Below are positions 1 to 12,676 of a stretch of 64,000 bases of DNA, one piece after another. Location: positions 20,398,001-20,462,000 of the forward strand of contig CM060732.1 of NCBI GenBank assembly GCA_030704615.1, in the 5' to 3' direction. The stretch comes from Takakia lepidozioides. Its lineage: Eukaryota > Plantae > Bryophyta. Position numbers and translations under genes: made by a program. Position 1 is the first letter of the stretch; every line of letters begins with the position of its first letter. Below the pieces are notes generated by a model that ran no database searches, had not been told where the DNA came from, and was given only the letters and a program-made list of their open reading frames with translations.

Positions 1-11
1 AACCGCTTTCT

Positions 12-1933
12 TTAAGCAGGCGGCCGTTTTGACCTCCTGGGATTCTTTGCAACCCCAGGGTTGACAATGCCGCCGGTAGGGGAAATTTCTGGGCTAGAGG
101 TGCCTTGTTCTGAGTTTGCTGCAAGTGCTGAAGACTGCACTCCCTCGTCTGAGATGTGCTGGGGAGGTGACTGACCAAGGGCAGAAGTGTCACAGCTCAC
201 CTCTTCGGTACTGCCCCTGTCAGTGTCACCCTTCTGTTCATACCCCTTGTCAGAGTCACGCTTCTCACTGTCACCCTTCTCTTTGGCTACCTCCTCAGTG
301 TCACGCTTCTTAGTGTCACCATTCTCTTCGGCTACCTTCTCAGTGTCACCCTTCTCTTTGGCTACCTCCTCAGTGTCACGCTTCTCAATGTCACCCTTCT
401 CTTCGGCTACCTTCTCAGTGTCACTCTTCTCAGTGTCACCCTTCTCTTTGGCCGCCTTATCAGTGTCACTCTTCGCAGTGTCACCCTTCTCATCGGGTTC
501 CTTCCCAGTGTCACCCTGCTGATTAATAATCTTATGTGTGTCACCCTTGGCAGTGTCACTCTTCTCAGTGTCACGATGCTCCGCAACATCCTTGTCTTCG
601 TGACTCTCCAGAGTGAAACGTTTCTCAGTGTGACGGTGCTCTGTGTCACCCTTCCAACTGACAACCTCCTCGGTGACACCCTTCCCCGTGTCACCCATGT
701 CGATGTCACTCTTTTTTGCATCAACCTCCTCAATGCCATCCTTGACTGTGTCGCCCTTCCCCGCACTATCACCCTCCAAGACCATGTTGACTAGCGGAAG
801 AACGTCATCCATGGTGACTAGTGGCCGTGGCAAAGGAGTGTCACCCTCCACGACTAGTGGCAGTGGAGTGTCATCCATGGCAGTGTTACACTCACGGACA
901 TTTGCCATGTGGGTTGGCTGTGGGGTGTCACCCCTACCAGTGTAACCCATGTCAATGTCACTCTCAACGGAAGTTGCAGTGTTCACGGGCAATGGTGTGT
1001 CATCCACGGCAATGTCCCTCACGGCGGCAGTGTCAGCCACACTGGTATCTGCAGTGTCACCTTGAGGTGCAGTGTAACCCTCTTTCCCTGTTGCTCCTCT
1101 CTGCGCAGTGTCACCCTCAGGGGCAGTGTAACCCTCGGTTTCAGGGCCTCCTCCCCTTGCAGTGTCGACCTCCGCATCAATGTGACCCACGAAGGCTCGG
1201 TGACTATCTGCTCAATCCCCCGGACAATGTCACCCTCAATACTGACCACCTCCTCCAATGTGACATGTTGTGGCGCGAAATGACTTGGATCTTTGGTCTG
1301 CATTATTTGAACAGTGTCCTTCTGAGAGAGGTTGACCACATGATCCTCACAAATACTTACATTGCTGCATGGAGGGTTCAACCCAGCATCTCCAGATTCA
1401 AAGTCATACACAGACTCTGGGTCAAGCGGGTCCCCGGTTCTTCGATTAAGACCTCCAAAAGAAATGACTGGGGCTGCGGACAAAGAGGTTCGTACTTGGG
1501 TGTTCCACCTTGATGTATCATCTTTAGTATCAGTATCAGAATTCACGGGCAAATCCTGCGTCAAGTCTGCTAGGTTCACCCCTAAGTGCAGCTGGGTTGA
1601 GTATAATTCACCAACCTGCGACAAAGATACAACGGCAGATTGACTTGGAATGATGTCCTCGTCATGTACATCGTCGCTTTGCGGGGCGGAAATTGAATGA
1701 AGACAAGGTTCAACCATCTCCTCATCCTGTAACACAGAGGGCCCATCACTCGTCTGTGCGCCCCCTGTATCGCATTGTGGAGGGGCCCCATACACAACTT
1801 CGTGAAGCTCACGTTGAGCCTCAAAAAGGTTTTTGAACGCATTGGCGACTTGATTGGTCATGAGCTCGGACTCATCTGCATCGGGGAAAAGACAAAGGTT
1901 TTTAGTTGTGGAACGAGGTTTTTGAAAGTGCAA
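12..1933 (-). other. Low-complexity repeat-derived ORF(s) (GDT/KGDTE repeats), probably TE-associated; two overlapping frames 1019-1933 and 12-1190
   Basis: Long ORFs built on a recurrent GGTGACAC motif, read as GDT in one frame and VTL in another; acidic/Lys-rich, no recognisable globular domain. Confidence 0.35.
187..1265. repeat. Minisatellite of GTGTCAC-containing 15/30/45-bp units
   Basis: Dozens of (CA)GTGTCAC motifs; e.g. CAGTGTCACCCTTCTCTTTGGCTACCTCCTCAGTGTCACGCTTCT recurs at ~265 and ~341. Confidence 0.85.
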
Positions 1934-2502
1934 GGGTTACACTGACTAGGACAAGACAGTGGTTCGGATCGATGTGGGTTACACCACCCTGTTAGAGACA
2001 GTAGTTTGCAATGGGTTACACTACTTGGGTTACACTAGTGAGATTACACAACGAGAGGTAAAATGGATGTCATCCCGTCAGGCAAATCCCCACTTCAACT
2101 TGTTTTTTTTTACTAGGGCCCCAAAAAATGGGCCCCACATTCAACGGTGGCAATTTTGCAGATCTGGGGCGATTGCCTCCAAATTTTGCACATGTCTTGA
2201 TGTGGTAGGTGAGCACATATTGTGCGGTCAAAACTTTAAATTTCTCATTTTCCAGCGAGTTCTTGCGATTTTTCACTGTAGGGGTGGATTGTTTTGGAAA
2301 AATCAACGACCCCCCTGGACGTTTAGGGGTTAAAATCCAAATAGAAACTCATATCCATATTTTGCAGGATCAGACCGTGGACCAGAAAGACTAAATATTT
2401 ATTCTATTTAGTTTTAAAATATCATTTTATCTCATTTCAATAAAAATTTATCTAAGATATTTAAACTAATATGAAGGTAGAAATATATACCAATATATGA
2501 AA

Positions 2503-2535
<33 letters not shown>
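2503..2535. repeat. (AC)n(AT)n microsatellite
   Basis: Directly visible dinucleotide runs. Confidence 0.95.
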
Positions 2536-2950
2536 CAATAAAGGGGCTGATACCCTGCAGAAAATTTTATTGGAACATCAAAATGAGCACAGAAAGGAGG
2601 AAAAAATAACCTCCTTAGGAGCCGTAAAGGCGTGTCACATGGAGAATCACCCAGTACTGATAGAAGGTAGGGGGGATTTGTAGAATACTACTAACCAAAA
2701 AACTTGGTTGGGGGGGAGGAGAGATTGCATCGAGACCTAACCACGAGTAAAGCCACCTGAAACAGAAGTCACACGGAAAACAGCCCAAGTATATGGCTGT
2801 TTGAGCAGCTGCCGAGGGGGAGGGATTTGGGTATTGGTGGGATTCAATCACAGAACTAATGAAGATGACTAGCCACCAAAGTTCAGCTGGAGCTTCGACT
2901 TCGCCGCACGAAGACTGAGATGTTTCCAGTTGACGTTGGGCCCTTCCGAC

Positions 2951-5900
2951 TCAACAGGGGATTTGCCATTCCCTGGGGATGGCATCGTGCCAAGTGATTC
3001 GCGAGTCCGAGATCCTGGTGCAGAGGATGTCGCATTTTGCCCAGGAGAGGTCGAAGTCCGAGAATAACTGATTACGCCTCATGTCGCTGCACCTGGCTGC
3101 AGCTGTTTCCAAAGATACCCAAGCCTTGTGCCCCTCAGTTATCAGATCAGCAAACAGTTTGTAGGGCACTAATCTGATGTTGGGGCTTTTCCCTTGAAAT
3201 ATCAGACTACATCTTGCCTTCCACAAGGACAAAAGGGTGTGACCCCTCAGGCATCCGCAAACTGGGCAGTTATTCCAGATTGAGCCATTGCGAAGATTAA
3301 GCAGAATAATGTGTGCCGCTCGTGGGGGCACAACTTGCCACTGCGCATAGAAAGTAGTCACCAGATGCCAAGTTCTAGTAGCTAGATTGCAGCCAGTGAA
3401 GGCATGCTCTATAGTCTCACTTTGATTGCAATTACAAACCACACAGGCAGGGTCAGCATCTGGAAGGCTGGCAACCATTGGAAGAATTTTGTTGGCCAAC
3501 TTCCATAAAAAAGCACTGATTTTGGAGGAGCGGTATTTGGCCCATATGTCCTTCCAAATGGAGTTCCATGCAGGGGGCTGCAAGTCAAGGTTCCATTTGC
3601 GGTTCCATTTCTCAGCAAAGTTTGCCTTCCCGAGAAGCAACCTATACCCCATTTTCATTGTGTAGCCCATCAGTGGCGTGTTTTTGTCGTCTTTCCATGC
3701 CCATTCTCCCGGGTCCATCTGTAGTCTAGAGAGCGGGAAGCATAAGAACCAAACGAATTCGGATTTTGTAGCCCAGCACATCTCTTCTCCCGGAGGAGAT
3801 GTTGGCACTGAGGACCCTGAAAGAGTATCAAAGACTCTAATTCTGTAGGCTTGGTCATGGTGCAGCTCTCATGTTCCACTTAGCACTAATCTTCCCGTGT
3901 CGGTTGCTTGGAAGAGCAATCCGTTCCAATGAGTGCTTGTAGACATCAGTGCCAAGAGGGCCACTAGCCTGCTTTCTACCGCCCATCCAAACTAGACATG
4001 CAAGTCATTACCAGTGCAAGGTCCCCCTAGCAGAAGCGGTTGCAGTAATTCAACTCCTGATCTAATGATATCCCATCCGCTCTTGATGGAGTTCGTGGAT
4101 AAGAGGGAGGATAACAAGGGGAGGTCCAAGAACTGATTGTTTTCCCAGATATTGGCAATGTGCGCAAACCCTTTTGTCTCCCAAGTTGCCCATTTTTTAT
4201 GGAGGGTAGTCAAGTCCTCACTTTGCAAGTTGGGGTTCCCGAACAAGGGTTGGTGAATCGCCTCTTCAAAGCAGGTAGGTGCCCTTTGAGTCAGATGGGG
4301 CCTGCCTCATCTTTTTCCAAGCCTCCCATATGGACTTCCATGCCTCTGATCCAGGGGATGTCAACTTTCCCGATCCATGTACCATCCATTTCAGAGATGG
4401 AGCCCATGTCGAGGAGCTAGTCGGGGTGGACTGCATCATATGAGCTCTTACCAGTAAACACCAGGGGCTGTCCCCTCTAGAAAGTGCCCTTGGTATCCAT
4501 TTAGAGAGTAAAGGCGGAGATTTGCAATTCTGGGTCAATTAAACCTAGTCCACCTTCCTTTCTGGGTCTGCAGAGCTGACTCAATGATACCAATGCTCTC
4601 TTGGTAGGATTCTGTTGGGAGGCACCTCATAGAAAATTCCTCATGAGAGCTTTAACTTTAAGTATCAGTTTGGGGACCAAACTGATGTCGGGTACCACAC
4701 AGATGCCAGCAAGACTTGGTTAAGTATTAGAGCTCTTCCTGCCATTGATAGCATCGCCAAGCTCCAGAAAGTTAGTTTGTTTCGCAGCCTCCGCAGAATA
4801 GGCTCGAACCTTTGGTCGTCCAAGAGGCCAATCCCTATCTGGAAGCCAAGCAAGGTGTGCGCCAAGCCTCGCGCTAGCCATCTTAGACCCTGCTCTTGCC
4901 CCCAAGGAGGTCCACGGCGACGAAGAGGGGAGTCAGGCAGCTCCGTGAGAAGCCCAACGGATTTATTCCAGTTAATCTTGAGACCAGAGGCATAGCTTGA
5001 CGAGCTCTCTCAATGTTTGAGGAATCCTCATTGTTGAGAAACAATGTGGTATCATCAGCATACATAGACAACTTGATTTGAGGCCCATGAGTCACCTTTA
5101 GCCCTACAATATCCTGCCTATTGGCCATGTAATGTCCCAGGGCATCAGCAGCGATAATGAAGAGGTAAGGTGAGAGTGGACATCCTTGCCTCACCGATCA
5201 ATGAAGAGCAAAGGATTTGGAGATGGCACCGTTGACGATCACTTTGCTAGAAGCTGAGGTGAGCAGGAGCCTAACCCATCTAACAAAGGCATCTGGTATT
5301 CCAATCTTGGTGAGAATTTGATCCAGGAATCTCCAATCAATGTTGTCAAATGCTTTTTCAAAATCTAGCATAAGAATAGCCATGGGCTGTTCAGACCTTT
5401 TGGCCTCATGTATGACCTCATTGACCAGAAGCACGTTGTCCAGGATCATCCTGCCCTTCAAGAAACCAGATTGTTCCGGCCTTATTACTCTCTCCAGAAT
5501 AGGTTGCGACCTGAAGGCCAAGGCTTTAGCTATAATTTTATAAGCGGTGTTCAAGAGCGTGATAGGCCTATAATTGGATATCATGCTTCTGTCACCCTTC
5601 TTATAAATTAAAGTTATAAGACCACTAGACAATTGCGAGGGCATGAACCCTTTGGAGTGAATGTCTTTTGCCATGTCAACAAAATCATCCACTATTGTTT
5701 GCCAGAGTGCTTTATAGAATTCGATGAGCAGGCCATCCAGCCCAGGCATCTTGCCAGACTGGAGGGAGTCCAAGGCCTCAACCAGATCAGAGTCGGATAG
5801 CGGGGAGGACAAATCTTTCTTGTCCTTCTCAGTTAGCAGGGAGGGAATGCACTGCAAGATCTCTTGGGATGCCTTTCCCGCTTCATCAAGATGGGTTCTC

Positions 5901-7062
5901 TTTGAAAATAAATGTTGTTCAGCTATTGCTGCCATTTCCTTGGGAGTGGAGGATGTCATTGACCCATCCTGGGATTTGAGAGAAGCTATAGAAGAGGCCA
6001 ACCTTTTTTGCTTGGCTTTGACGAAGAAATATTTAGACATTTTTTCTCCTTTTAGAGACCAATTCACTCCGGCTTTGAGGGCATGGCGTTCTCTTTCTCT
6101 TGCCTGAAGTTCCAGAGGTTGGACTTTGCCTTGTTATAATTCATGAGTGTGCATGGACCTTCATCTTTGTTTTCCAGGAGCTGCTGGCAAAGATGGAGGC
6201 ACTTTAACAAGCTCTCTTCTTGGTGTCAACTTGTAGCAGCATAGGCCTTCGAGAGCTCTTGAGATCTTTGCCTAGTTGCTTCTAGCTTAGAAAGGAATAT
6301 GAGGGTGGCTGATTGAGCATTGTTTCCAGATGAGGACCACACGTGGGCTAAATCTTCAACCATGGCCTTGGATTTGAGCAGCGATGGGTTAAGTTTGAAA
6401 TAGCTCCTGCCCTTAGACCTAGAACCTGGGACAACAAATCGAGTTGTGATTTCTGCATGATCAAAATCTGGAAGTACTGGGCCCAGGGGGTTAGGGCCCA
6501 AGCACTAATTCCAGCAGTACAGTAAACTCTATCAAGTCTAGCCATCGCAAGATCTGGTGGTGCTTTGCAGTTCGTCCAAGAGAACTTCAGAGCATTATCT
6601 GCAGGGATGGACGCATCCAAAAAACCAACTGAAAGACAAAGGGCTTCCCAGGCATCTAGCTCTTCTGGGGAGAGATTGGAGGAGGAAGAGCATAGTCTAT
6701 CAAAGAGTCCTGTCAGTCATATTAAAGTGTCCTGCCATTATCCATTGATCAACTTGAGAATGGCTTAGGACCTTAGACTGCAAAAACTTCCAGAAGGCTA
6801 TCCTATCAACAACATTAGGAGCATAAACATTAATGAGGCCAACTTTGCATGCTGAGCTAGGAATAGATAGCAAGCCAAATTGAGCTCTTCCGGTCATCCA
6901 AATGGCCATGTCAGAGATATGATTAGCCAAGTTCAGAGAGACAAAGACTGCCATGCCACCTCTTGAATCGGCCACGGTTTTATTCCACCATGCAAGATTA
7001 GCAGGCCATAATATGTGCCCCAAAGAAGCGATCTTGGCATCATTCAGCTTATGTTTCTGCAA
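2951..7062 (-). pseudogene. LINE ORF2: endonuclease, reverse transcriptase, zf-RVT
   Basis: EN motifs LINVYAP, GHFN, ARLDRVY, YFKLN; RT motifs YRPITLLN, LDFEKAFD, RQGCPLSPYLF, YADD; zf-RVT W..IW...KISAFLWK...CVVC....ETIEHAFTGC. Confidence 0.92.
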
Positions 7063-7907
7063 GAGGAACTGTCGAGAGTTGGTAGCTTGATCGCATTTCC
7101 AATCTTTGCTAATTCTTGCATTAGCACCACTATCTTAGGCACTCCACTGTCTTTGCCCGAATAAAAAATAGCCGGATCTTGATCCACACTCAAGACTGCA
7201 TCGTTGATGGGATAAAAAACGTTCAAACTGCCTATATAGGAACCGAAGTGTGCTCCTATCTCCGGGAGAGAGGCCAGATAATTATCTGGGAGAAAGGGCA
7301 GGGCGATAATCCTTGGCTTGCAGGTGGTGCCGTCCTTGTGACCCCATGCCGGCGACCAGGGCAAGATGTGCACTTTGACCCTTGATCTGCGAGTGTTGAA
7401 CTCCAGGGCACAATCCACCTCTTCTTTGGATCCAAATTTGATAGTGTAGAATCCCCTTCCCATTGCATGACAGAAATGATGTGTCAAACCTCCTTCCGCT
7501 CCCAGGTGCTCAGTGATCCACTTTCTCACCTCCTCTTTGTCCCTAGGCCGCCCTGGGAAATGAATGAGAATTCCATGCTGCATCATTTTATTGGAGTGGG
7601 CTCTGAGGCATTCTAGATCCAACGGTATGACGTCCTGAGCATCAGCGATGGGAGCCACTGACTCCGCCCACGGGGCCATGTCCAGACAATGCGAAGGACC
7701 TCCAATCTCCGGACCTTTACCCGGAATTGAACTTACAGGGGTGGAGGTGGAGATACGAGGGACCCAACTACCCCTGCCTCTAGAGCTAGATCCTGAACCT
7801 GATCTTTTCTTCCGGGAGGGGGCACCACGGGACGCCATTGGCAGTAGAGAGAGGAGTGGTCGCAGATCAGGAGGGCGGGGTACAAGATAGCAAGAAAGGA
7901 ACGGCAA
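7044..7907 (-). pseudogene. LINE ORF1 (DUF4283-like), 3'-truncated
   Basis: MGRGFYTIKFGS...VHILPWSP...LPFLP..Y...L.EIG.HFG resembles plant L1 ORF1; lies upstream of ORF2. Confidence 0.7.
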
Positions 7908-8549
7908 TAGAGAGGGCAGGTTCTTGCCCGCCTGGGGTTAGATAACACATAAGAAGAAGAAAGGCGTAGAAGGAGGGGGTTATTCAGCTTGAATGAAAGA
8001 CTGCTGAGCGCACTGGCTCGGTTAGATCATGATGAGCATGAGGGAGTGGAGAGGGCTTTCTGGACTTGAGAAAAAATTCTAAGTCCCTGACTCGCCTCTC
8101 ACCGCAAACTGCGGAGCCCTCGGTGGCCATCCTCCTCAATATATCTTTAGTGTTCTTTTTGTTTTTCTCAGAAAATAAAAATAAAAATAAAAAATAAATA
8201 AATATAGTCAGATTCAACAATATATATTTTTCCAAAATAAATATTATTTTTATTATTATGTCATTCACTCATTGAACACGATTTTAAGTAAATCTGGACT
8301 AAAGTTTGGTCCAGAAATAAGGAGAAATATCTGAATATGTATTTTTTTAAGTCATTTAAATGAATTTAAATGGATCATTTTAAATATTAGTGTAAAGATA
8401 TAAATAATTGTTTGTCTATTAATATATAATATGAGCAATAAAAAAACATTATGTATAAACTTCAGGAGAAAAAACAGTTTCTATTTGGCTCATAAAACAA
8501 GTTCCATTGTTCACTCGACGTTTAGTAAGAGTTGAATGAGATACCAACA

Positions 8550-8774
8550 GTCAGTAGCTCAGTTGGTGAAGTGCACTGAGTGCCACCCAGATGATTATGG
8601 GATCAAATCTTGCTACTGACGGGTGTGGTATGTTCTTGGGTGGTGTCCCATTCCAACGCCACATGGCGAGGTTACTGTGAAAGAAGTTATTTTTTCCTCT
8701 CACTATTAAGGGGCCTGATTTGTGAGGTGTCGCTCCCAGGTGTTTCCATTACATTAAAAAATAAATTAAAAAAA
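8550..8774 (+). mobile_element. tRNA-derived SINE (tRNA-Gly(GCC)-like head, A-rich tail)
   Basis: 8550-8621 folds as a tRNA: acceptor stem GTCAGTAG/CTACTGAC, A box TAGCTCAGTTGG, degenerate B box GGATCAAATCT, GCC in the anticodon loop; ~130-bp body then A-rich tail 8756-8774; no TSD seen. Confidence 0.7.
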
Positions 8775-10492
8775 CGGGTGTCGGGTGATAACTCGCTTCA
8801 AGATCCGCGGCTTGATGGATGATTGGAGCACCTTATGCCTTAGTCATATTCATAACCGCGACTGAGCTTGTGAAGGCCGTTACTATGTAACGTACAAAGC
8901 AAATCAATCAAATATGTGGACAAAACATGGCACAATGACACAATACCATGACATGAAATGAAAGACAATGGGGAGACATTGATGATAAACAACCAGGTTT
9001 TATTTTAGAACCATGTCAATTTGAGTAAGTCTCGTCATGCGGCATGGACCAATACAAGTAACGTAAACCATGTCAATGAGAGTATCAACTTCTAGAAGGA
9101 GGGCTGAACTCTGGTAACACAAGACGATGTCGGCCGACGTACTTATGGTGAAAATACTTTGAGGAAAGCCATTTCCCAAAATCACGATATTTTAACAAGG
9201 TTGGAGGGACCATTTTCAAATCTGTATTCTTCCGTTGTTCCGAAGGTTTTTGTCAGCAAAATATGGAAGGAGTCCCTAAAATGTTGTCCCGGGTATCATG
9301 GATATGGGTGATTGCAAACTAGAGTGAACCAAAAACGGCAGATCATGAGTACATAAAGAGTACATAAAAGAGGATGTGACGAATCTTCAACCATCGGATT
9401 TGCTTCAACTGACAATCTTGACCGTCTATTATTGACTGTTAAAATCAATATTTTTAAATTGCGATAATATCAATTCACAAATGTTTTTTTTGAAATTTGA
9501 TCATAATCAACTCTGCATTTATGGTGAATGAATGCGCCTAATGAAAAAAAAAAATTGTTATTTCAAAAGAATTTAGTAATAAAGGTCTTTATGAAAATAG
9601 CTATTTTTTAGGCTCAATATAATATATATTTTTTAAAACTTCATATTTTTTAATGATAGTTTTCATTCAAGATTTCTCATTCTCCAAAGCAAGGTTGAGA
9701 TAGTCCCTTTTCTTGACTTTGTTCTGACTCCTATATTAAAAAAGTCCATAACGTCTTTTTTTATGGACTGTGACAATTCTTATGGACTTTTTAAAAGTCC
9801 ATAGCATCTAGAGATTCTGGTTTTTGATAATGAGATTTAAAAGTGTGAAAGTATATGTAGATGAGCCTCTATATATTAGTCCCTTTTTATTGATGGCATT
9901 GTCATATAGGAGTATGATAATTTACCACTATTCTATGTCTGGAAAAAACAGTGTTGTGACAGCAAAAAATGGACATTGTAGGCTGTAATCACACATACGG
10001 TGATGACCTCACAAAAAATATCCTCCAATATTATGCCAACCAACGATGTCTTGTGCGACCGAAGTTCAGCTGTACTTCTCCAAGAACTGGTGGTCTTGCA
10101 GACTTTCAGTGAATCGCGAAGATGATGAATTACTCATATGCTCTTCAAAACATAATGTCTAAGTAATTGACCCTGGAGTAAGATGCTGAAAGTATCCAAT
10201 TGGGGAGTAAGTATGTTGCTCGTATGCTTCTGGAGAGTGGCTCGGTAGCGAGTACGTTGATGGAGAGAGTGACGTTTTCTGCGAAATCTTCAAGGAAATA
10301 GTGTCGGGTGACCAGTCGAGGTTCATCTGTGACGGACTGTGGTACTTCTGACGATTTACTGTAAAGCACTCGTAAACTGTTCTCCGACTAAATAATCTCC
10401 AACTGAATAACCACCAACTAACTGATTGGAGCTGTCACAACCAATGTCAACAATCCTATTTACTGCTAGGTGTTTGATGTTATTGTTGTTCT

Positions 10493-10872
10493 TGTAGCTG
10501 AATTGTATAGTAGTCGTTTTGCTATTCCCATGCGAACAGTATCAGGTCCCCAGAGACTGTCATATTCAGACTCATGTATCAGTCACGGCCCACCATCATT
10601 GACCAATATAAAACCATCAGCTGTATGTCAGCTGAGAACTAGATCTTCGATTCATTGTATACGACTCCAAAGAAACACCCTAGCCCACAAGTAGTTGGCC
10701 AGCAGCTTGAGATATTTCTTCGGGCTGGGATTGAATGAACTGGAGATTTCATTCTTAGCTTATGGTTTCATGTAGGTGGTGCCTGACACCAATTTCGGAA
10801 TATGGCAGTCTCAGTGGACCTGATGTTGTTGGAATGGGAATAGCAAAAAGACTCGTATAGAAATCAGCTACA
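10493..10872. repeat. Diverged long inverted repeat (foldback)
   Basis: 10493-10566 is an imperfect reverse complement of 10798-10872 (e.g. TTTTGCTATTCCCAT / ATGGGAATAGCAAAA; ATCAGGTCC / GGACCTGAT). Confidence 0.75.
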
Positions 10873-12676
10873 TGATCATAGGCAGTATCAAACACCTTGA
10901 AGTACATATGATTGTTGAGATTGTTTGCACAGATTGTTTATAACGGTGTTCCTTCTTTGGCGTCCAGTCCAATGAAAACGAAGAGAATGACGCTGGAGAT
11001 TGACGTTCAATTGCTGACATTATGCCTCCTCGTAATACTATTTTGGTGTGCAATGATGGACATCAGAACAGGTCAGCTCTTAGAAAAACACGCGTGATCG
11101 CGTGATGTTAATCGTTGGTGTTCCTCAAAAGAATAATGAATCTCCAAACGAAGGATATAGGAACCAAAAAATACACCACGAGGATGCTGTCAATTGTTGG
11201 AGATCGGATTATGCAAGCAGGGAGAATGACTTCTAGCAACTTAAAGACTAGGATTTTAAGATACTTGAACAATCCGCCAAGGAACAAGTGACACCATCAG
11301 CCCGGATGATTGAGTGCGTGTTATGAAACACATCAATGAATCATCCAGGATGATGGTGTGAAATATTCCGGGATGGATTATGCGAATACCTTGAGTTCCC
11401 TCGCTGTAACTGACCTGAAGTAACTCACTATGCCTGCAGAATCCTCACAGCTTCAAATGACAGCATTTTCGTTGTTGATTGCGTGAGCATATAAAAAGCA
11501 TCACTCCGACCAATGACAAGTGACACTGTTGAGGTAATATAACACTTAGGCAGTTGGCTAGAGAACCAGGATGATGATGAAGTCCGCTTTTCGAACCACG
11601 AGTGATCGCGCGACAGATCTCTGCCTCTACCACCATTGAGAACCACAACAAGCGGAGTGCATCCAGATTTCAATCAACCATGATGGTGCTGTCAGTTTGT
11701 CAGGGAAGAAGTTTCGAAGCCGCCAAAATTACTTCAATCCATTTGAAGAGAGGTTTTTAACAGAGCTTCACAATCCGCTTAGGAACAAATGAGATTACCA
11801 TCGTGGGTGCTTGAATTACGTGTTAGGAATTCGAATTCAGTCATAGACGATGATCGTGTCACTTGTTCCCAATCGTAATATGCGTTTCATTCTCCTCCAA
11901 CCTCCTCCAGCCTCCAGCCTGATCTGTTATTGCCTCCACTGACAATGAAGTCAACTTGTTTTGATAATATTTGATGACACTGCTGATTCATGCTAGCTCC
12001 ACAAGAGGAGATATGAAGGAACCACGCGCGATCGCGCGTGATTTCTCTCAAACTTTGATGACCAACATTAAGGCCGAGAGGATCTGACATAACATTGACA
12101 GTGTTAAATAACGAATGTGTGTAATGAACAGGCCAGCCATAGTTTAATTCATCAATAATACAGAGTTGTTTCCCAAACGGCTCACACTCAAGGCATATGT
12201 GCGAGATCGCCATCGGTTATCACTGATGGCGGAACTCTGTGCACCCGAGGAGATAGATACAGTCGGAGATTGATATAATATATGACCAGACACTTCACTG
12301 GTAGCTGTACTTGATGACCTTGACGAACGTAAAGCCTCGCGGTCCCTCCGCTCAGCCTTCCGCTGCCGTTCTTCTTTCTTCTCCTGTCGAATTTGATTCT
12401 GAACTTGACACTGGAATATAACTGTGTGGAAGCAGCACAGAAGGGAATTGTTAAAGAAAATACAAAGATCATTGAAATGTCATTGATCTCACAAAAGTCA
12501 TGTGAAGTCAACATACGTATAAGTACAAATGGAGGTTGAAGTAAAACTGATGGACTACACACAAAATAGGGCAATGTTAAACTACATAACCAGATAATCG
12601 GGATCTTTTTGCGGTGGGTGCCAAACAGAAGCATCAATAAATCTACCAAACCAGGACCAGTAGATGTGATTTCGAT

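Larger units (their letters stand above)
2537..7950 (-). mobile_element. Decayed L1-clade LINE retrotransposon (boundaries approximate)
   Basis: Minus-strand order ORF1, APE endonuclease, RT, zf-RVT; many stops and frameshifts; AATAAA near 2565-2571 on the minus strand. Confidence 0.9.

Noticed and set aside
8550-8621. Functional tRNA-Gly gene
   Set aside because: Degenerate T-loop (GATCAAAT), imperfect anticodon stem, and a following body plus A-tail typical of a SINE
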